Source: Acidobacteriia bacterium AH_259_A11_L15
Lineage (GTDB): Bacteria; Acidobacteriota; Terriglobia; Acidiferrales; 2-02-FULL-67-57
Direction of reading: 5' to 3'
Length of the DNA: 64,000 nucleotides
Assembly (NCBI GenBank): GCA_027717655.1
Contig: JALLOH010000002.1
Location: 3,474-67,473, forward strand
How positions within the stretch are numbered: position 1 is the first letter of the stretch; every line of letters begins with the position of its first letter. A program made the translations under genes and the position numbers. Positions 28,458 to 36,878 of this stretch are shown piece after piece. The notes beneath the pieces were generated by a model. That model was not told the DNA's origin, made no database searches, and was given only the letters and a program-made list of their open reading frames with translations.

Positions 28458-28991
28458 CTACTCTCCCAGGTCGGGTTCAACTTGCAGGGCGTCGTTGAAG
28501 CGGTTGGTGAGGTTGGCCACGGCGACCACTAGAGTCAATTCGACGATTTGGTCCTCGCTGTAGTGCTTTTTCAACTCTTCGAGCGAACCTTCGCGGAGGG
28601 CGGCCGCCCCGCGGGTCATGCGCTCGGCAAAGAGCAGGGTGGCTTTCTCCTTGGCGTCGAACTGCTCGCTACGGCGGTAGAAATCAATCGCCCGGAGTTG
28701 ATCCTCGGTCAGGCCGGCCCGCTTCGCCGAAGCGGTGTGGGCGCGAGTTCAATACTCGCAGCCGTTCAGCCGGGCGGTCTTCAGGTAGGCCAGCTCCTTG
28801 TACTTTTGTTCGATGGTGCCGTCGGCCATCACCGCAGCGTAGAAGGGCAGGAAGTTCTTGAGCGCGCTGGGCCGGTGGGCCATCACCGCGAAGATGTTGG
28901 GCATGCGGCCGAACTTTTGGCTCAACTGGTCATAGATGGCCTGCAGCTCCGAGGCTGCTTGGTCCTTGGGAATTGGCTTGACGACCGGCAT
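28458..28991 (-). CDS. AhpD-like / carboxymuconolactone decarboxylase family protein, predicted selenoprotein (in-frame UGA at 28749-28751)
   Basis: ...YLKTARLNGCEY-UGA-TRAHTASAKRAGLTEDQL... Here UGA replaces the second Cys of the family CxxC..H motif. The same frame stays open for 96 more codons to TAG 28458-28460. AAGGAGG RBS lies before ATG 28991 (alternative ATG at 28997). Confidence 0.75.
28719..28735 (-). promoter_or_regulatory. SECIS-like hairpin downstream of the UGA
   Basis: mRNA CCGCUUC-GGC-GAAGCGG: 7-bp stem starting 13 nt after the UGA, with a G-rich apical loop about 21 nt from the UGA. Confidence 0.5.
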
Positions 28992-29203
28992 AAACATTCC
29001 CTCCTTTGCCAGTAACGTGGGGAAATCCCAGTCTAGCGGGTCTGCTGGGCCGGCGCAACCCCGCCCGTTCCGAAGTGACAGCAAGTTTGTTCTTGCCCGC
29101 GCGGCAATCAACCCGGAGTTTGAGCGGAATTCCAAGAACGGGCGGGGTTGACGCGCCCGCGGTTTCCTGTTACATCTCTTCAAACCGAAGCCCGACTGCG
29201 GGC

Positions 29204-29221
29204 GCGCCCGAATTCGGGCGC
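29204..29221. promoter_or_regulatory. perfect 18-bp palindrome GCGCCCGAATTCGGGCGC in the divergent AhpD-like/MBL intergenic region
   Basis: Perfect dyad symmetry read directly from the sequence. It lies downstream of a TTGACG-17-TACATC promoter-like element (29148-29176), so it is a candidate operator or leader hairpin. Confidence 0.3.
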
Positions 29222-29236
29222 AGAAGGGGCAGGGCC

Positions 29237-30034
29237 ACGGGGGTTGAACTCACCATCCTGGGCAGCGGTTCGGCGGGCAACCTGGCGTTTCTCTCCACCG
29301 AGCGCACCCGCCTGCTGATCGACGCCGGCCTCTCCAAGCGGGAAACCCTGAAGCGGATGGAAACCGCCGGACTGCGCCCCAACGGGCTGGCCGGCATCGT
29401 CGTCTCCCACGAGCACAACGACCACGCGGCTCACCTGGGGGCGCTGGCCGAGGAGTTCAACGCCCCGGTCTACTTGGCCGAGGGCACCCGCGAGGCCCTG
29501 CCGGAGGCGCGAGTGCTGCCGCGGGTGGAACGCTTCCGGCCCGGGCACCGCTTCGTGGTGGGCGACATCGAGATGGTTCCCTTCGCCGTCCCCCACGACG
29601 CCAACGAGCCCGTGGCCTTCCGCGTCGAAACCCAGGGCGTCAAACTCGTCCTGGCGGTCGACCTGGGCTTCCTGACCGGCCTGGTCAAGCAGCAGTTGCG
29701 CGGCTGCGACTGCTTGATCCTGGAGGCCAACCACGACACCGAGATGCTCCGCCGCGGCCCCTATCCCTGGTTCATCAAGCAGCGCGTAATGAGCCGCCTG
29801 GGACACCTCTCGAACGAAGCCGTGGCCGACTTCCTGGAGTGCGACTTCGACGGCTCGGCTGCCTATCTGGTGCTCGCCCACCTGAGCCAGAACAACAACT
29901 CGCCCGAGATTGCCCGCCTGGCCGCCGAGCAGGCCCTCGAGCGTCGCCGGGCGCGCTTCCCGCTCTCGCTGGTGCGCGACCCCGAGATTCGCGTGGCCCC
30001 TCGCCGCGCCCCTCTGGCTCCGCTGCGCTTCTAA
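29237..30034 (+). CDS. MBL-fold metallo-hydrolase (YycJ/WalJ-like)
   Basis: ELTILGSGSAGN...LLIDAGLS...VVSHEHNDHAAHLG...EANHD...GHLSN. The start is unresolved: there is no ATG/GTG/TTG near the conserved N-terminus. ACG 29237 lies 7 nt after GAAGGGG. The ORF-track start 29006 and TTG 29120 lie upstream of the promoter-like element. Confidence 0.75.
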   Translation, partial: TGVELTILGSGSAGNLAFLSTERTRLLIDAGLSKRETLKRMETAGLRPNGLAGIVVSHEHNDHAAHLGALAEEFNAPVYLAEGTREALPEARVLPRVERFRPGHRFVVGDIEMVPFAVPHDANEPVAFRVETQGVKLVLAVDLGFLTGLVKQQLRGCDCLILEANHDTEMLRRGPYPWFIKQRVMSRLGHLSNEAVADFLECDFDGSAAYLVLAHLSQNNNSPEIARLAAEQALERRRARFPLSLVRDPEIRVAPRRAPLAPLRF

Positions 30035-30051
30035 GGAACAAACTTGTGGTC

Positions 30052-31434
30052 ATGCGTAAGCGGCATTCGTACTTGTTCCTCCCGCCGCTAGCGGTATTTT
30101 GTCTTTTTTCGTTCGTGGCGGCGGAGGAACCGTGGCAGCAGTGGGACTGGGGTGCCGCGAGTTCCGTCCAAACCCTCTATCATCCAGCCTGGCGAATCGA
30201 GGTCCAAGAAAACAAAGTCCGCTTCTTGGCTCACCAGTTCACTTACACGTACGAATCCCGAACTGACCATTGGGTTGTGACCGCTGAAGAGAACGAATGG
30301 GAACAACGTAGGACGTGGGAACAGGAACCGGGCAAGCCAGTAAGGTACATTCAGCGCATGCTAACCACAAGAGGTTCTTTGGAAGCTGAAACTCAAGGGT
30401 CGGACCGGGAACAAGGGCAACTGGAGTTGCGCTGGAGCGGCTCTTCGCAGCCATTTGCCCGGCTGCGCCTGTGGACACGCGAACAGCTGGGTCAAATTTG
30501 GTTCGAACGTGAGCAAAGGCAGCACCCGCCGCCCGCATCCCCCGAGACCCTAGCGGAAAAGATCTGTATGTCTTGGGCCGAAGTGGCCGACTGGGATGAA
30601 GATGAACAAAAGATCTGGCTTGCGATCCGTTTCTATGAAGGAGAAGGTTGCGCTGGGATAGGAACCATTCTGGAGATCGACAAGGACTCCAACGACGTGC
30701 GCGTGCATCAACCTGCGCCTTTGAATTTGGTCTCGATTGCCCACATCCTCGCCATAGAATCAGAGTTATGGTTGGCCACAGAGCGATTCGGCGAAGGTGG
30801 GACAGGCCCCGGAATCGGGCTCGTACGATACAACCCAAGAACAGGCAACCTCCAATCAGTACCCAAGATGACTTCTCAGATTATGGATATGGCGCATGGT
30901 GACGGACTCCTTTGGGTTGCCACCGAAGAAGGCGTCGCCGCTTGCGACCTCGAGAATGAGACGTGGCGCAAGTGGCGATTCATTCCTCGTGTGGCTGTTG
31001 CCGAGCTGGTGCCGGTTGCGAATCGCCCGGGCAGCGAACCGAGAGGGCAGCTTCCCGCTGGGGACTATGAAGTCCGGTGGGTGGGGGAAGGTTTCCTAGA
31101 GCTTCTGACGCCGGACTGCGCCGAGGGCTACGTAGACTCATCCAGTCTCGAACGCCTCGCAAAGCGTGGTTTTTGCACCAGTCCGAGTCTGTTGGCTTCG
31201 AGCCCAAAATGGGGCAACCCGCCAAGCCTCTTGGTTTTCTCATCTCCGCGGACGGACCCCAAAGAGCAAAAACCCTCAGCCTGGTTCTTGAGAGTGCCGG
31301 CCGTCCCGAAGGGAAAGGAAAATGGCAGTTGGCAGGCCGTGGAAGTGTGCGCGGGCTGGGTGGAACTCCAGCCTGACCGAGTCTACATAAGTATCGAGGA
31401 GGAAGCGACCGGGGAGGGCAGTAATCATACCTAG
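30052..31434 (+). CDS. hypothetical secreted protein (460 aa), AT-richer gene
   Basis: ATG 30052, signal peptide LFLPPLAVFCLFSFVAAEE. Middle region has beta-propeller-like LWxAT repeats (ELWLATERFG, GLLWVATEEGVAACD). Confidence 0.7.
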   Translation: MRKRHSYLFLPPLAVFCLFSFVAAEEPWQQWDWGAASSVQTLYHPAWRIEVQENKVRFLAHQFTYTYESRTDHWVVTAEENEWEQRRTWEQEPGKPVRYIQRMLTTRGSLEAETQGSDREQGQLELRWSGSSQPFARLRLWTREQLGQIWFEREQRQHPPPASPETLAEKICMSWAEVADWDEDEQKIWLAIRFYEGEGCAGIGTILEIDKDSNDVRVHQPAPLNLVSIAHILAIESELWLATERFGEGGTGPGIGLVRYNPRTGNLQSVPKMTSQIMDMAHGDGLLWVATEEGVAACDLENETWRKWRFIPRVAVAELVPVANRPGSEPRGQLPAGDYEVRWVGEGFLELLTPDCAEGYVDSSSLERLAKRGFCTSPSLLASSPKWGNPPSLLVFSSPRTDPKEQKPSAWFLRVPAVPKGKENGSWQAVEVCAGWVELQPDRVYISIEEEATGEGSNHT

Positions 31435-31469
31435 CTTGCATCGGGACGCTCAAAAGAGTAAAAAACCCC

Positions 31470-32732
31470 GTGTCCTCCCGCTGTTTACATACGCTGGGAG
31501 TGGTAGCGCTGCTGGCGGCGGGCCTGCTTTCCCCCGCCACGGCAGCGCGGCCCGCGGGCCCGCAAGCCATGCTGCGGGCGGTGACGGCGCCGGCGATTTC
31601 CGCCGAAAGCGAAGAAAAACTCCACGCGGCGTTCGAGCACCTCTACAACCTGGAGTTCACCCAGGCCCGCACCCTGTTCGAACAAATCGCCCAGGCCGAG
31701 CCGGCCAGCGCCACCGTGCGGGCCTTCTGGGCCTCGGCCATCCTCTACGAAATGCTCGCCCAACAGGGCAGTCTGCAGGCGCAACTCTTCGTCAGCAAAG
31801 ATTTCCTGAAACACGAGCGCCTGCCGCCCGACCCGAAACTCGACCGCGAGTTCCATCGCCTCACCGAGGAAGCCGTACGCCTCGCCCGCCGGCGGCTGGA
31901 GGCCGATGAGCAGGACGTGGATGGCCTGTTCGCGCTCGGACTTGCCTACGGCAACCAGGCCAACTACCTGGTCGGAGTCAATGAGGAGTACTTCCGCGGG
32001 CTGCGCCTGGGGGAAAAGGCAGCCGACTACCACGAGAAACTCCGGAAGGTCCGTCCGGAGATCAACGACAGCAGCGTGGTCCTCGGCATCCACGACTACA
32101 TCCTGGGCAACCTGCGCCTCACCCAGCGCTTGCTGCTCTTCTTCCTCGGCGCCCACGGCGACCGCGAGCGCGGCCTCGAGTACCTGCGGGAAGCCGCCGC
32201 CCACGGGGAGTTCCTGCGCCCGTACGCCCGCACGCTGCTGGTGGTGACGAACATGCGGGAAGGAAACCTGGAGCGCGCCGCCAACTTGGCCGCCGGGCTG
32301 CGGGCCAAGTATCCGCGCAACCCCATCTTTGCCCTGGAATTGGCCAGGCTCTACCGTCGGCTCGAACAGCACGCCGAAGCCACCCGGGTTTGCCAGTCCC
32401 TGCTGGCGGAGCTCATCGCCCACCCGCACAATCCGCGGATCGTCGGGCTGGAAGACGCCCTGCTGGAGCTGGGCCTAATCGAGGCCGCTCAGGGACAATG
32501 GGAGCGGGCCTTGCAATCCCTGGCGCAGATAGGCAACCTCCCCGAGGTGGATAGACACACTTGGGCTCGGGCCCTGCTGGAGCGCGGCAAGATCTACGAC
32601 CTGTTGGGCGAACGGCAAAAAGCTCTGGCTGAATACGACAAGGTGATCGACCTGGCCGTCGACATCCAGTTCACGCGCCCGGCGCTCAACTACCGCGAGC
32701 GCTCCTACCAGGTCGAAAAAGAGAAAGAGTAA
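31470..32732 (+). CDS. tetratricopeptide-repeat secreted protein
   Basis: Signal peptide followed by repeated TPR-like helical pairs through the C-terminus (ALLERGKIYDLLGERQKALAEYDKVI). Confidence 0.8.
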   Translation: MSSRCLHTLGVVALLAAGLLSPATAARPAGPQAMLRAVTAPAISAESEEKLHAAFEHLYNLEFTQARTLFEQIAQAEPASATVRAFWASAILYEMLAQQGSLQAQLFVSKDFLKHERLPPDPKLDREFHRLTEEAVRLARRRLEADEQDVDGLFALGLAYGNQANYLVGVNEEYFRGLRLGEKAADYHEKLRKVRPEINDSSVVLGIHDYILGNLRLTQRLLLFFLGAHGDRERGLEYLREAAAHGEFLRPYARTLLVVTNMREGNLERAANLAAGLRAKYPRNPIFALELARLYRRLEQHAEATRVCQSLLAELIAHPHNPRIVGLEDALLELGLIEAAQGQWERALQSLAQIGNLPEVDRHTWARALLERGKIYDLLGERQKALAEYDKVIDLAVDIQFTRPALNYRERSYQVEKEKE

Positions 32733-32885
32733 CCAGGCTTTAGACCTGAGGCAGTCCGCTTCATCATCACCTGGCAGAACTCCCTCCGGAAAGGCTTTCC
32801 TTCGATCTCCCGGACGTCGTACCGCTCTTGCGGTACGCACCCAGCTCGAGGTACCGCCCCAGGGTCCTCAACACTCTAGCGGGAC

Positions 32886-33926
32886 CTACCGGGCGTTGGT
32901 CAGCCAATCGGGACTCGCCGCGGCATGCTCTTCAAGCTCGCGGAGCTGGCGAAGAAGGAGCCCGGCCCGCTGGTAGACGTGCGCCGGCAGCTTCAGGCCG
33001 GCCTCATACGACGCAGCCGGCGCTTGGCTGTCCGCGATCCGGGCGTGGAGATACGCCAGTTCGGAAACAATGAGGATGGCCATGTCGTAGACATCGCTTG
33101 GCTTGATCTGCGCAGCGCCGCCAACGGTCGCCTCCAAATCGACCATCTCAAGTTTCAGCGCTTGAACCCCGGAACGCTCGGCCAGCGCCTGAATTCGTGC
33201 GTAGCACTCGACGAGACGATTGTAGACATCCACCGGTCGCTTTCCACGTTCGAAGGCGGGGGCGGCCGGCATTGGGGTGGCGTCTGGAAATTGTTTAAGC
33301 AGGCGGGCCGCAAAATAGGTAGCCACGGTGACTTGGTGGAACACGTCGCCGCTCGAAGGCGGCAGCTTGAGCAACAAAGTAAGCTGCCGGTTGGCTTCGA
33401 GGATGGCGTGGAACACGTCAGTAGGCGTTGTGGAAGCGTCCTGCAGCTTTTCTTCGATGGGCTCAGTGATCCCTAGTTGTTCCTTCAGCGCCAGAAGGTG
33501 CTGGTAGGCACCATCCACCACCAGCCACACGTGGTACGGTCGGATCTCCTCCGGTGGTCTTGGTAGCCGTATTACTAGTTGGGGCCCCGGGTCCCCTGTC
33601 ATTTCGAAACCCAACTGGTTCATTTTCCGAAAGAGCGTAATTGCCTGGAAGATGACCTCGCGCGGGGAGGCGTCGCTCACAGCCATCTCGATCGGTTGCA
33701 CTTTCGGCTGGCCCATCTCGAACCGGATCAGCTCGAGGTCGTTCCGAAGCAGCTCAACCCGGGCCAGGACATCCGCCGGAATGATTCCCTCCGCCGAGAG
33801 GGGTCGCCCACTCACCGGAGCCAGCGGGCCGCTACCAGCCTGCGCGTAGCTTGTGGAAGGAAGTGTGATCAACATGCCCACCAGTAGCAGAAGAGACCCG
33901 CCGATCTTTTCTGAGCCCTGCATCAC
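32886..33926 (-). CDS. hypothetical secreted protein with about 7 internal helical repeats
   Basis: Signal peptide, then a recurrent xPxDV(Y/F/L)-x12-20-L motif (IPADVLARVELL, TPTDVFHAILEA, SSGDVFHQVTVA, RPVDVYNRLVEC, KPSDVYDMAILI, LPAHVYQRAGLL). Confidence 0.7.
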   Translation of the reverse strand: MMQGSEKIGGSLLLLVGMLITLPSTSYAQAGSGPLAPVSGRPLSAEGIIPADVLARVELLRNDLELIRFEMGQPKVQPIEMAVSDASPREVIFQAITLFRKMNQLGFEMTGDPGPQLVIRLPRPPEEIRPYHVWLVVDGAYQHLLALKEQLGITEPIEEKLQDASTTPTDVFHAILEANRQLTLLLKLPPSSGDVFHQVTVATYFAARLLKQFPDATPMPAAPAFERGKRPVDVYNRLVECYARIQALAERSGVQALKLEMVDLEATVGGAAQIKPSDVYDMAILIVSELAYLHARIADSQAPAASYEAGLKLPAHVYQRAGLLLRQLRELEEHAAASPDWLTNAR

Positions 33927-34120
33927 ACACCTCCTGCGGTAGCTAGCCGCTCGCCAATGAGGACATTTTCAAGCTATAGAATGCATGCCTGCAAGTCAAT
34001 TCCTGATTCATAAAACCTCCTGCTCAGGCCGAAGAGTTTGCCGTGCGGGGTTTTGTCCGGGGAGGCGAAATCAAGTATGATGGCGCCGGTCGGCCCGACT
34101 ATGCGAAGGACGCTCCCGCG

Positions 34121-35428
34121 ATGATTGCCCGCTACACCCGCCCGGCCATGGACCGCCTGTGGACGGAGGAGAACAAGCTCGCGAAGTGGCTGGAAGTCGA
34201 ACTGGCCGCCTGCGAGGCCCTGGCCGAGTGCGGCCAGCTTCCCGCCGAGGCCGCCCGGCGGTTGCGCGCGCACGCCCGTCCGCCCCGCCCCGAGCGCGTC
34301 GCCGAAATCGAGCAAGAAGTCCGCCACGACGTCATCGCCTTCACCCTGGCCGTGGTCGAGCAACTCCCCGCGGAAGCCCGCGACGCCGGGCGCTACTTCC
34401 ACTACGGGCTCACCAGCTACGACGTCGTCGACTCCGCTCTAGCTCTGCTCCTGCGCGAAGCCAACGCTCTGTTGCGCCAAGACCTCGAGCGCCTGGCCGG
34501 TGTCCTCAAAAAGCGCGCCTACGAGTTCAAGCACACCCCCATGGTGGGCCGCACCCACGGCGTCCACGCCGAGCCCACTACCTTCGGCCTGAAGCTTGCT
34601 AATTGGTACAGCGAAACTCAGCGCCATGCCGAGCGTTTGGCGCGCGCCGCCGAGGAAGTCCGCGTGGGCCGCCTCGCCGGCGCCGTGGGCACCTACGCGC
34701 ACGGCTCCCCCGACATCGAGCGGCGCATCTGCCAGCGCCTCGACCTCCAGCCCGCCGCCGTCAGCTCCCAGGTCATCCAGCGCGACCGCCACGCCTACTA
34801 CCTCTCCACCCTGGCGGTCCTCGCCGCCTCCCTGGAAAAAATCGCCCTCGAGATCCGCCACCTGCAGCGCACCGAAGTCCGCGAAGTCGAGGAACACTTC
34901 GGCGCCGGCCAACGCGGCAGCTCTTCGATGCCCCATAAGCGCAACCCCATCCTGGCCGAGCAGCTCTGCGGGCTGGCCCGCCTGGTGCGCGCCCATGCCC
35001 AGGCGGCGCTCGAAAACGTGCCGCTCTGGCACGAGCGCGACATCTCCCACAGCTCGGTCGAGCGCGTCATCCTCCCCGATTCCACCACCCTCGTCGACTA
35101 CATGCTCGACAAAACCGCCACGCTCATCGAGCAGCTCCGCGTCTTCCCCCAGCGGATGAAGAAAAATCTGGAGCTCACTCGCGGGCTGGTCTTTTCCGAA
35201 GCGCTGTTGCTCGAGCTGGTCAAGAAGGGTGCGCCCCGCGAGGAGGCCTACGCCTGGGTGCAGGCCGCCGCAGCGAAAGCGTGGGAAGCCGACCGGGACT
35301 TCCAGCAGGCGGTGCGGGCCGACAAGCGCATCACGGGAAAATTATCACGGGGCGAGATTGAGGGCGTCTTCGACCTCCGCCACGCCCTTCGCCACGTCGA
35401 CGCCATCTTCCACCGCGTCTTCGGCTAA
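34121..35428 (+). CDS. purB: adenylosuccinate lyase
   Basis: MIARYTRPAM..LW, GRTHGVHAEPTTFG, SSSMPHKRNP signature. ATG at 34121. Confidence 0.95.
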   Translation: MIARYTRPAMDRLWTEENKLAKWLEVELAACEALAECGQLPAEAARRLRAHARPPRPERVAEIEQEVRHDVIAFTLAVVEQLPAEARDAGRYFHYGLTSYDVVDSALALLLREANALLRQDLERLAGVLKKRAYEFKHTPMVGRTHGVHAEPTTFGLKLANWYSETQRHAERLARAAEEVRVGRLAGAVGTYAHGSPDIERRICQRLDLQPAAVSSQVIQRDRHAYYLSTLAVLAASLEKIALEIRHLQRTEVREVEEHFGAGQRGSSSMPHKRNPILAEQLCGLARLVRAHAQAALENVPLWHERDISHSSVERVILPDSTTLVDYMLDKTATLIEQLRVFPQRMKKNLELTRGLVFSEALLLELVKKGAPREEAYAWVQAAAAKAWEADRDFQQAVRADKRITGKLSRGEIEGVFDLRHALRHVDAIFHRVFG

Positions 35429-35437
35429 TTCCCAGCC

Positions 35438-35475
35438 TGTCATTCTGAGCCCCGAATTATTCGGGGCGAAGAATC
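35438..35475. repeat. family-A repeat variant (hairpin) between convergent purB and ferredoxin genes
   Basis: TGTCATTCTGAGCCCCGAATTATTCGGGGCGAAGAATCTG. Confidence 0.7.
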
Positions 35476-35483
35476 TGCTTTTC

Positions 35484-35801
35484 CTACTGCGGCTTCACCT
35501 GCATCTCGGGGTTGATCAGCCGCTCCACCGGCTGCCCGCCCACGATGTGCTTTTCGATGATTTCCGCGACGTCTTGCGGCTTCACCGTCCGGTACCAGAG
35601 CCCGTCGGGGTGGACGATCACCGTCGGGCCGGTGGGGTGCTGCCCCGTACAGCCCACCTTGGTCACGAGGATGTCCGACAGGCCGCGCGCCTTCACTTCC
35701 TCGCGGAACTTCCGCAGGACTTCCAGCCCGCCCTTGGGCGCGCACCGGCCCTCCCCCTCCGTGGTGCAAACGAACACCTGCTTGCGAAACACTTTGCCCA
35801 T
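35484..35801 (-). CDS. thioredoxin-like [2Fe-2S] ferredoxin domain protein
   Basis: VFVCTTEGEGRCAPKGG...VTKVGCTGQHPTGPTVIVHPDGLWY pattern. Confidence 0.8.
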   Translation of the reverse strand: MGKVFRKQVFVCTTEGEGRCAPKGGLEVLRKFREEVKARGLSDILVTKVGCTGQHPTGPTVIVHPDGLWYRTVKPQDVAEIIEKHIVGGQPVERLINPEMQVKPQ

Positions 35802-35899
35802 GACTTGGTCGTTTCCTCCTCTTGTTTCTTCCTATCTATGCTAGCGAAAAGCTTGTTGCCCCGGCCAAGTGCCCGGCGACCCGCGACGAGTAAAGACCT

Positions 35900-35960
35900 C
35901 AGGGGCTAAAGCCCCCTGAAAGGGTTGCCGCGATCGGCAGGGCTGAAGCCCTGCCCTACC
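35900..35960. repeat. family-D repeats
   Basis: GGGGCTAAAGCCCCC ... GGCAGGGCTGAAGCCCTGCCCTACC. Confidence 0.7.
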
Positions 35961-36046
35961 GACAATAAATCTGTGTGTATCTGTGCCTGCCCTGCTTGCT
36001 CCGAGCATCGCCGAGGAGAGCGAAGCCGAAGGGTGCATCTGTGGTT

Positions 36047-36793
36047 TCACAAGCGGTTGATGACACTGGCCAGGCAGCCGGCCCCAAATCCATTATCGAT
36101 GTTCACCACCGCCACGTTCGACGCGCAGGAGTTCAGCATCCCCAGCAGTGCGGTCAAGCCGGAAAAACTCGTGCCATAGCCGACGCTGGTGGGCACGGCG
36201 ATCACCGGCACCGGCACCAGCCCGCCCACCACGCTGGGCAGCGCCCCTTCCATCCCAGCCACGCAAATGATGACCCGGGCTTCCGCCAATTTCCGCTGGT
36301 GGCGCATCAGCCGGTGCAACCCGGCCACGCCCACGTCGTAGATGGCTTCGACGCGGTTGCCCAGCATCTCGCCGGTCACCAGGGCTTCCTCGGCCACCGG
36401 GATGTCCGAGGTGCCCGCCGAGATAACCAGGATCAATCCCTTGCCCAGAATTTTGCTGCTCTTCTTGATGCTGATCACGCCCGAGAGCTCGTGGAAGCGG
36501 GCCCGGCGGGCTACGCGCTTGACCCGCTGGTAGAGCTTGCGGTCGGCCCGGGTGATTAGAATGTTGTGCTGGTTGCGGTTCATCCGCCGGACGATCTGCG
36601 CCACCTGCTCGGGGCGCTTGCCCGGAGCGTAGATGACTTCGGCGTAGCCCTGGCGGAGGGAGCGGTGGTGGTCAATCTTGGCGTACCCCAGGTCCTCGAA
36701 CGGCAACCGGCGCAGGCGTTCGACCGCCGCCAGCGGCTTCAACTTCCCCCGCCGCACCGCCTCCAGCAATTTCCGAATCTCGCTCTCAGTCAT
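36047..36793 (-). CDS. larB: nickel-pincer cofactor biosynthesis protein LarB (AIR carboxylase-like)
   Basis: LLEAVRRGKLKP..AVERLRRLPFEDLGYAKIDHHRSLRQGYAEVIYAPGK plus a PurE-like C-terminal domain. Confidence 0.85.
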   Translation of the reverse strand: MTESEIRKLLEAVRRGKLKPLAAVERLRRLPFEDLGYAKIDHHRSLRQGYAEVIYAPGKRPEQVAQIVRRMNRNQHNILITRADRKLYQRVKRVARRARFHELSGVISIKKSSKILGKGLILVISAGTSDIPVAEEALVTGEMLGNRVEAIYDVGVAGLHRLMRHQRKLAEARVIICVAGMEGALPSVVGGLVPVPVIAVPTSVGYGTSFSGLTALLGMLNSCASNVAVVNIDNGFGAGCLASVINRL

Positions 36794-36878
36794 TGCACCC
36801 GTCTTGGTGGGAAACCCTCATTCTACACCAATGGCCGGCGATTCCTTGACTTGGCCGGAAGCCGCGCCCTAGACTCGG

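Noticed and set aside
29130-29245. Possible tRNA-Sec (selC) next to the selenoprotein gene, because of a CTTCAAA heptamer (UCA anticodon context) at about 29178-29184 and a GGGTTGAACTC stretch.
   Set aside because: The flanking bases cannot form an anticodon stem, and there is no acceptor/T-arm pairing or GGTTCGA-type T-loop. The region is better explained as a promoter or leader of the MBL gene.
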